The position numbers and the translations under genes are program-made. Below are positions 58,832 through 64,000 of a DNA stretch of 64,000 nucleotides, piece by piece (positions within the stretch are counted from its first letter, which is position 1; each line of letters begins with the position of its first letter). Below the pieces are notes generated by a model that had not been told where the DNA came from, ran no database searches, and was given only the letters and a program-made list of their open reading frames with translations. Origin of the DNA: Patescibacteria group bacterium (GTDB taxonomy: Bacteria; Patescibacteriota; Patescibacteriia; UBA9934; GWF2-40-263); assembly GCA_041661745.1 (NCBI GenBank), contig JBAZTR010000001.1:300306-364305 (forward strand). Reading direction: 5' to 3'.

Positions 58832-59248
58832 TTATTTTTGCAGCCAGGAATTTTCGGACAAAACTTTTTGAAGGCGGGTCTGCCCTTCTTCAAGTTTATT
58901 CGGCTCACCGGACAAACCTTGTTTTAGCAACTCCATGGCGCTAACCAATTCAAAATGAACGGCCCGACCTTCGGCCGGCACGCGCAAGGCCAACAAATTT
59001 TGTTCAACTTCGGAAACAAGCGCCAAGCGCGCTTCCCAATAAGTGTCTGTCTCGTAACGATTTTGAAAATCACCCAAAGCTAAGCGAGCCGAAGTTTGAT
59101 ACTGTTCGAAAGTTATGGTTGAACCCTCGTTGATAACCTCAGATGAATTTTTTGACACAATGGCCCAAACCACAAACAAAAGTAAAAGTAATGACAGAAA
59201 ACCTAAAACAAAAGGAAACCAATTTCGATGATGAATGTCGTGAAACAT
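58832..59248 (-). CDS. small membrane-anchored hypothetical protein
   Basis: 138 aa; N-terminal TM. Confidence 0.4.
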   Translation of the reverse strand: MFHDIHHRNWFPFVLGFLSLLLLLFVVWAIVSKNSSEVINEGSTITFEQYQTSARLALGDFQNRYETDTYWEARLALVSEVEQNLLALRVPAEGRAVHFELVSAMELLKQGLSGEPNKLEEGQTRLQKVLSENSWLQK

Positions 59249-59266
59249 AATTAAAAGCGAAAAAAA

Positions 59267-60313
59267 TTATTTTTCGGAGGACGACCCGGAAAACAATTCT
59301 TCAACAGCCACGGAAATCATGGTCGCCGCCGGAATGGCTAAAAGAGCCCCGGCAAGTCCGCCAAATTTAATACCAACAAGCATGGCCAAAATACTGATAA
59401 CCGGATTAAGTCCGGTCACTTTTTGCATAATTTTTGGTACCAGAATGTTATTTTCAATTTCTTGAATAGCAACGAAAAGAATTAATACCAAAATTCCCTT
59501 AAGAGGTGAAATGGAAAAAGCGATAATTAAAGTCGGCACGGCTGCGAGCATTGGTCCGGCATAAGGAATAATTTCCAACAAGCCGGCCACTAAACCTAAA
59601 AGCAAGGCGTAAGGCACGCCAAGAATGGTCAAACCAAGGTAAACGGCCAAACCGATAATTACTCCGAGAATTAATTGACCGCGCAACCACGAGCCGATAC
59701 GCTTCTGCATTTTGTTAAATAACGAAGCCAGAAAAGGTTGATATTCAGCCGGCGCAAAACTTTTAACAAAGCGTTTGGCCGCGTCTTCCTCAACCACCAT
59801 GTAAAAAGTCAAAACTAAAACGATGACAAAAGCTGCCAGGCTGCCAAAGAAACCAGTGACTGTGGAAAAAATTCCGGAAAAAGATTCACTAAAGCCGTCT
59901 TGAATTGCTTGAAAGCCGGATTGAAAATTTGCACCAAAACCGTACTGAACGGTTAAGTCTTGAAAACGACTAAAGGTGTTGGTCAAGCCATCAAAAATCT
60001 GAGGAAAATTAGAAACAAATTGTTGTACCTGAGACATTATTGGCGGAACCAACAAAATAACGATTAAAGTCCCCGTGGCCAACAAACAAAAATAAACAAT
60101 AATCACAGCCAGAGCTCGAGGGATGCGATGCTTGGCAAACCAAGTAGCAAATGGATCAATTAAAGCCGACAACAGTAAGGCCACAAACAGCATGGCCACG
60201 ACATCACGCAACATCCACAGCAATCCGATTATCACCAACATGATTAAAACCTTGGCGATCGTCCAAGTTGAGACCGAAACCAAATGCGGTCGGTCGGTTG
60301 TTCTAATGGGCAT
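59267..60313 (-). CDS. AI-2E family transporter (PerM/UPF0118)
   Basis: 348 aa, eight TM helices; conserved EIIPYAGPMLAAVP and LLAIPAATM regions. Confidence 0.7.
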   Translation of the reverse strand: MPIRTTDRPHLVSVSTWTIAKVLIMLVIIGLLWMLRDVVAMLFVALLLSALIDPFATWFAKHRIPRALAVIIVYFCLLATGTLIVILLVPPIMSQVQQFVSNFPQIFDGLTNTFSRFQDLTVQYGFGANFQSGFQAIQDGFSESFSGIFSTVTGFFGSLAAFVIVLVLTFYMVVEEDAAKRFVKSFAPAEYQPFLASLFNKMQKRIGSWLRGQLILGVIIGLAVYLGLTILGVPYALLLGLVAGLLEIIPYAGPMLAAVPTLIIAFSISPLKGILVLILFVAIQEIENNILVPKIMQKVTGLNPVISILAMLVGIKFGGLAGALLAIPAATMISVAVEELFSGSSSEK

Positions 60314-60378
60314 AAGATAAAAATGATTTGATAATAGTATAGCACAAAAACACCACTTAGTCAGACGTGCTAGAAAAA

Positions 60379-60669
60379 TTAAAGGTTTTTATAGGCAAAA
60401 TTTTTAAGGGTCAGATTAAGTTGCTGTTTTAGTGCGGCCCGACCATTACCGCCTTTCAAAAATTTTTCTCTCTTTTTCGCTTCTTGTTCAGTTCTGTAAA
60501 CCTCGTAATACAACAAGACAAACGGCCGCCGATTTTTTGTCGACTTTGTTGTGCCTTCATTATGTTCTTTCATGCGACGATCCAAGTCGGTCGTAAAGCC
60601 AGTATACAATCTTCTATCTTTTAAACTCAAAAGAACATAAACAAAATATGGGATCGCAATTAATTTCAT
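60379..60669 (-). CDS. GIY-YIG nuclease-superfamily small protein
   Basis: YFVYVLLSLKDRRLYTGFTTDLDRRMKEHNEG...RPFVLLYYEVY is the GIY-YIG core; 96 aa. Confidence 0.75.
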   Translation of the reverse strand: MKLIAIPYFVYVLLSLKDRRLYTGFTTDLDRRMKEHNEGTTKSTKNRRPFVLLYYEVYRTEQEAKKREKFLKGGNGRAALKQQLNLTLKNFAYKNL

Positions 60670-60720
60670 ATCAATTTAAATTATAAAACAAAATCCCGGT
60701 TGTTTAAACCGAGACTTTGG

Positions 60721-60823
60721 TGTCGAGCTGAGCTCGACTTCACCAAGCTGAGCGTGGTGTATCAGACTGTTTAATCAGGAAAGAAGCTAAGCTTCTTTCC
60801 TTGCCTGTAACTATAAACCAAGC
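60721..60823. repeat. tandem duplication downstream of tmRNA, copy 1 (~105 bp, ~95% identical to 60885-60989)
   Basis: tgtcgagctgagctcgacttcaccaagctgagcg[t/c]ggtgtatca...ggaaagaagctaagcttctttcc...ataaaccaagct. Each copy contains the perfect palindrome ggaaagaagctaagcttctttcc. Confidence 0.6.
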
Positions 60824-60884
60824 TGTAATGATAGGAAGGGGAATGAATTAAAACAAAATCTTGGTCTATGAAACCAAGATATTT

Positions 60885-60989
60885 GTGTCGAGCTGAGCTC
60901 GACTTCACCAAGCTGAGCGCGGTGTATCAAACAGTTTAGCCAGGAAAGAAGCTAAGCTTCTTTCCTTACCTGTAACTATAAACCAAGCT
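60885..60989. repeat. tandem duplication, copy 2, abutting the tmRNA 3' end
   Basis: See copy 1. Its end, accaagctcagcttgg, forms a hairpin with the tmRNA CCA region. Confidence 0.6.
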
Positions 60990-60994
60990 CAGCT

Positions 60995-61402
60995 TGGTGG
61001 AACTGGAGGGAATTGAACCCTCGTCTGGTGAGAGCAACCCGAACGCTTCTTCAAGCGTAGTCCCGCTTGGAATGTGCCTGCGGTGTGATATAAGCGGAAC
61101 AAAACTCACAACGCAGCGCCGGTCGCCTTTTCTTAGTGTCTAGAGACCGGATACCTAGACGCCCAGCCCGAGATTATGACACCTCAATTTCCCTTATCAG
61201 GCGTCGGGGAACGAGATGGGTTGTTTGCCCTTAGGCGACAACCGAAACAAAGCTAGGAACAGCGAACGCTTTCGCGAAGGTGTTCTTCACTTGTGAGAAG
61301 ATATTGGCATTTGCTTCTCTAATACCCAGGATTTACGAGGTAAGGTATGTCCTCGGCTTGCACATTCGGATCGCAGGCTCCCATCGATCCCGATCAGTCC
61401 CC
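60995..61402 (-). ncRNA. ssrA: tmRNA (SsrA), one-piece, ~408 nt
   Basis: Minus-strand 5' end GGGACUGAUCGGGAUCGAUGGGAGCC... 3' end ...GACGAGGGUUCAAUUCCCUCCAGUUCCACCA, giving a T-arm GAGGG/UUCAAUU/CCCUC and an acceptor CAGUUCC pairing with the 5' GGGACUG. Candidate tag reading frame ...GCG AAA GCG UUC GCU GUU CCU AGC UUU GUU UCG GUU GUC GCC UAA. Adjacent to smpB. Confidence 0.75.
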
Positions 61403-61469
61403 CATTGGTGGTAATCAATGGCGTAGGGGCACAAAATTTTGTGCCCCTACGACACCACCAATGGGGGCG
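61399..61469. repeat. composite palindrome immediately upstream of the tmRNA: outer arms cccccattggtgg/ccaccaatggggg around the gtaggggcacaaaattttgtgcccctac core
   Basis: The core is identical to the in-frame palindrome at 45446-45477. Confidence 0.55.
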
Positions 61470-61481
61470 CGACCGGAATAT

Positions 61482-61925
61482 TTATTCCCGCATTTTTTCG
61501 CGAATCTGGCGATCGACCTCGCGTTTTTTAATGGAAGCGCGTTTTTCGTATTTCTTTTTACCGTGAGCCAAGGCAAAAGAAATCTTAACAAGATTCCGAA
61601 GAGTATATACTTTAATTGGCACTAAAGTCAAGCCTTGGGTGTTGATTTTGCCGATCAATTTATTGATATCGCGACGGCGAAGAAGAATTTTACGATTGCG
61701 ATACGGGTCGTATGATTCTTGGGCCCCGGCCGGCTCGTATCGTGAAATGAGTGCGTTCTTTAACCACGGCGCGCCATCTCTAATCATAATAAAAGCGCCT
61801 TTGAGTTGAACGTGACCGGCCTTGGCCGATTTAACTTCAGCGCCAGTTAAAACAAGACCACCCTCAAAAGTCTCGAGAAACTCGTAATCGTATTGGGCAC
61901 GCTTATTGATAGCCAACGATTCCAT
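61482..61925 (-). CDS. smpB: SsrA-binding protein SmpB
   Basis: Real start MESLAINKRAQYDYEFLETFEGGLVLTGAEVKSAKAGHVQLKGAFIMIRDG...GLTLVPIKVY...ALAHGKKKYEKRASIKKRE (ATG at 61923-61925). The ORF-track 5' extension is spurious. Confidence 0.85.
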   Translation of the reverse strand: MESLAINKRAQYDYEFLETFEGGLVLTGAEVKSAKAGHVQLKGAFIMIRDGAPWLKNALISRYEPAGAQESYDPYRNRKILLRRRDINKLIGKINTQGLTLVPIKVYTLRNLVKISFALAHGKKKYEKRASIKKREVDRQIREKMRE

Positions 61926-61991
61926 AACCGATTTTAGTATAGCACATCTTGATTTTTGCCCAATATCTGATACACTCTTCCATATAAAAAT

Positions 61992-62543
61992 ATGCGCATC
62001 CATCGACATCGATTTCGTAAGCCAAAATTCGACATTCCGGAATATCGGGTTAATGAAGAGATTACTGCCCCGGAATTGCGAGTGATTGACGAAGCTGGCC
62101 AACCGCTTGGGGTAATCAGCACCATTGAAGCCATCCGCATTGCCGCGGAAAAAGGTTTTGATTTGGTTGAAGTTTCGCCTAAAGCCGAACCGCCGGTGGC
62201 CAAAATTTTGGACCATGGCCAATTTAAGTATCAAAAAGAAAAGGAAGTGCGAAAACAAAAGGTGCAGTCGCACGAAGTTGACACCAAGGGTATTCGGCTA
62301 TCAGTGCGTATTGGCGAACACGATTTGGAAATCCGCCGACTGCAAGCCAAAAAGTTCTTGGAGCGTGGTGACAAAATTCGCCCGGAAATAGTTCTCCGTG
62401 GCCGCGAAAAAGCCCATACTGACTTGGCCGAAGAAATAATTAAGGGTTTCGTTAAGTCCCTGGAAATATACTTCCCGCTCCGCATTGAACAACCCATTTC
62501 TAAAATGAATGGCCGGGTTACCACCACCGTGGCCCGCGGCTAA
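61992..62543 (+). CDS. infC: translation initiation factor IF-3
   Basis: ELRVIDEAGQPLGVISTIEAIRIAAEKGFDLVEVSPKAEPPVAKILD ... RGREKAH. A non-AUG start is likely, as in other infC genes. Confidence 0.85.
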   Translation: MRIHRHRFRKPKFDIPEYRVNEEITAPELRVIDEAGQPLGVISTIEAIRIAAEKGFDLVEVSPKAEPPVAKILDHGQFKYQKEKEVRKQKVQSHEVDTKGIRLSVRIGEHDLEIRRLQAKKFLERGDKIRPEIVLRGREKAHTDLAEEIIKGFVKSLEIYFPLRIEQPISKMNGRVTTTVARG

Positions 62544-62590
62544 ATTGACAGAAATAAGCGTTTCCGTTATACTCCTAGCGCTTTTCTTTA

Positions 62591-62797
62591 GTGAAAAATA
62601 TGAAGTGCAAGACCCACAAAGCGCTCTCCAAAAGAGTGCGCGTCACAAAAACCGGTAAGGTCATGAAACGCTATTGCGGTCAGGGCCATTTTAACACACG
62701 CGACCCGGGTAAAATCACCCGCAAGAAGCGTCGTGATACTGAAATGTCTCAAGCTCATCACAAAGCTTTTATTACGCTTTTGCCGTATTCAGCTTAA
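62591..62797 (+). CDS. rpmI: 50S ribosomal protein L35
   Basis: MKCKTHKALSKRVRVTKTGKVMKRYCGQGHFNTRDPGKITRKKRR... (the start is probably the second Met). Confidence 0.85.
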   Translation: MKNMKCKTHKALSKRVRVTKTGKVMKRYCGQGHFNTRDPGKITRKKRRDTEMSQAHHKAFITLLPYSA

Positions 62798-62809
62798 TCT
62801 ACAAATTCT

Positions 62810-63157
62810 ATGGCTCGTGTAAAACGCGGTACGCAACATGTTAAGCACCGCAAAAATCTTCTTAAAAAAACCAAAGGTTACAAATGGGGTCGCAAGTCCA
62901 AAATTAAGGTTGCCCGCATTGCCTCCATTAAAGCCGGGGCTTACGCCTACCGCGATCGTCGCGCCAACAAACGCAACTTTCGTCGTTTGTGGCAGGTGCG
63001 TATTAACGCCGCGGTTCGCCAGTACGATTTAAGCTACAGTCGCTTCATTGACTTGCTAAAAAAAGCCAACATTGAACTTGATCGCAAGATCTTGTCTCAA
63101 CTGGCCATGGAACACGAAGCGGTTTTCAAGAAACTGGTTGAAGAAGTTAAAAAATAA
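62810..63157 (+). CDS. rplT: 50S ribosomal protein L20
   Basis: [71 protein letters not shown]. Confidence 0.9.
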   Translation: MARVKRGTQHVKHRKNLLKKTKGYKWGRKSKIKVARIASIKAGAYAYRDRRANKRNFRRLWQVRINAAVRQYDLSYSRFIDLLKKANIELDRKILSQLAMEHEAVFKKLVEEVKK

Positions 63158-63172
63158 ATTACAAACCAATCA

Positions 63173-63196
63173 AAGAGCGCTAAGGCGCTCTTTTTG
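63173..63196 (+). terminator. intrinsic terminator of the infC-rpmI-rplT operon
   Basis: agagcgctaaggcgctct hairpin plus ttttt. Confidence 0.65.
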
Positions 63197-63228
63197 GTTG
63201 ATGCTTCAACCATGAGCCACTAGAATGG

Positions 63229-63257
63229 TTGACAGAAACCATAGGTGGTAATATATT
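63229..63257 (+). promoter_or_regulatory. sigma70-like promoter TTGACA-N17-TATATT upstream of the terminal high-GC gene
   Basis: ggttgacagaaaccataggtggtaatatatt. The same -35/-10 pair recurs at 63903-63931. Confidence 0.5.
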
Positions 63258-63355
63258 AACGCGCCAATCGGCTAAGCCGGTCTGACTCAAAACCCTCCTC
63301 TCCACCCCTCCCACCTGCTCCGTCCCCAGATGGAGCAACAAAGAAAGGCAGACAA

Positions 63356-63859
63356 ATGGTCAGGAACTGCAGTCTTGTCTTCGGAACATGTATTGAAGGA
63401 CAAGAATCCTTCATCACGGTCTCCTTCAGTCTTCGCGAGCCGGCTCTCCCGCCCGGTTCGGTCATGAACTGGAGGATCAATGTAATGAACGAGAGTGGCT
63501 CGGCCCTTCAAGGGCGCGGCCAAGCCAATCTGGAAGATGACGGGAGGCACTTCCAAATTGCCTTCACCCCCACGCGCCACGGTCTGGCCAATCTCGAGTT
63601 CGACATTCCCGGGTTCCTCGGAACCCAGGTGCAGAGCTTCGAGATTCAACAGGCCACTGTTCTGGAGTCCAACAACAGTGGTGCTGTGAGGAACACCGGA
63701 GAGATCGACCAGACCGACGACGACCAGTCGATGGAACGAGAAGACACCCAGCCTGTCCAGCCGCCGCAAAGCGGCACCGGTCGCATCGCCATGGTGATCC
63801 TGGCCGTCATCGTGACCGGGCTTCTTCTCATCAGCCTCATCGGGTGGCTCCTCTACTAG
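63356..63859 (+). CDS. high-GC hypothetical protein with a C-terminal transmembrane anchor (start uncertain; possible internal start near 63464)
   Basis: 167 aa; ...GRIAMVILAVIVTGLLLISLIGWLLY is a C-terminal TM. GC3 is high from ~63470 onward; own promoter upstream. Confidence 0.4.
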   Translation: MVRNCSLVFGTCIEGQESFITVSFSLREPALPPGSVMNWRINVMNESGSALQGRGQANLEDDGRHFQIAFTPTRHGLANLEFDIPGFLGTQVQSFEIQQATVLESNNSGAVRNTGEIDQTDDDQSMEREDTQPVQPPQSGTGRIAMVILAVIVTGLLLISLIGWLLY

Positions 63860-63902
63860 GGATCTCACGAAGAGAATCGCGCTTGCGGTTCTCGTTTTTT
63901 TA

Positions 63903-63931
63903 TTGACAAAATTCTAAAAAAGTGATATATT
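63903..63931 (+). promoter_or_regulatory. second TTGACA-N17-TATATT promoter, leading into GC-rich sequence that continues beyond the window
   Basis: tattgacaaaattctaaaaaagtgatatattc, preceded by a hairpin plus T-run terminator at ~63875-63900. Confidence 0.4.
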
Positions 63932-64000
63932 CTTGTGTCTTTCGGCCAAGCCGAACTGACTCAATTCGAACCCGGCGCGACAACCCGCGCCCTTCCAGAG

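Noticed and set aside
61347-61625. 92-aa plus-strand ORF overlapping the tmRNA 5' end and smpB
   Set aside because: It overlaps an RNA gene and the SmpB CDS on the opposite strand. It contains the palindrome-encoded RGTKFCAPT peptide only because the palindrome is there.
61926-62273. N-terminal 116-aa extension of the SmpB ORF in the ORF track
   Set aside because: The SmpB homology begins at MESLAINKR (ATG at 61923-61925). The upstream extension is hydrophobic and unconserved and overlaps the infC promoter region.
63930-64000. Possible tRNA-like TTCGAA motif (tcaattcgaacccggcgcg) at the window edge
   Set aside because: The flanks do not form a T-stem or acceptor stem. It is more likely the transcribed leader of the next GC-rich cassette. 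The window end truncates it, so it cannot be resolved.

Overview
The window is mostly a low-GC (~40-45%) genome, gene-dense and mainly minus-strand, with a Patescibacteria/CPR-like gene set. Recognisable genes include rfbB (partial), a HIT hydrolase, a CDP-alcohol phosphatidyltransferase, five GT4/GT2 glycosyltransferases plus GT-C-like and Wzy-like membrane enzymes, an S8 peptidase with FG-GAP repeats, an ECF sigma factor with an anti-sigma-like partner upstream of a giant surface protein, UvrD/PcrA, mltG, a mannose-1-P guanylyltransferase, a PAP2 phosphatase, a gap-pgk-eno-gpmI block, rpsB-tsf, an HtrA-like protease, an AI-2E transporter, a GIY-YIG protein, tmRNA with smpB, and infC-rpmI-rplT. 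Embedded in this background are several ORF-precise high-GC islands whose codon third positions are almost all G/C. They are a 985-aa lipoprotein made of MopE-type Cys/Asp-rich repeats (15.2-18.2 kb); a ~6-kb block of four co-directional secreted lipoprotein genes with TSP3/MopE-like repeats and poly-(Asp-Thr/Ser) linkers (32.6-38.5 kb); and four single-gene cassettes (42.7-43.9, 52.8-53.3, 55.0-55.4 and 63.3-63.9 kb). Each sits on AT-rich sigma70-like promoters with a Shine-Dalgarno site and an intrinsic terminator. Other features are three intergenic hairpin-repeat families, perfect palindromes inserted in-frame into uvrD and the guanylyltransferase gene, poly-G tracts upstream of two island lipoprotein genes, a tandem duplication next to the tmRNA, and a structured leader with a uORF ahead of a Cache-domain gene. 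Long opposite-strand ORFs in the ORF track across the high-GC islands are artefacts.
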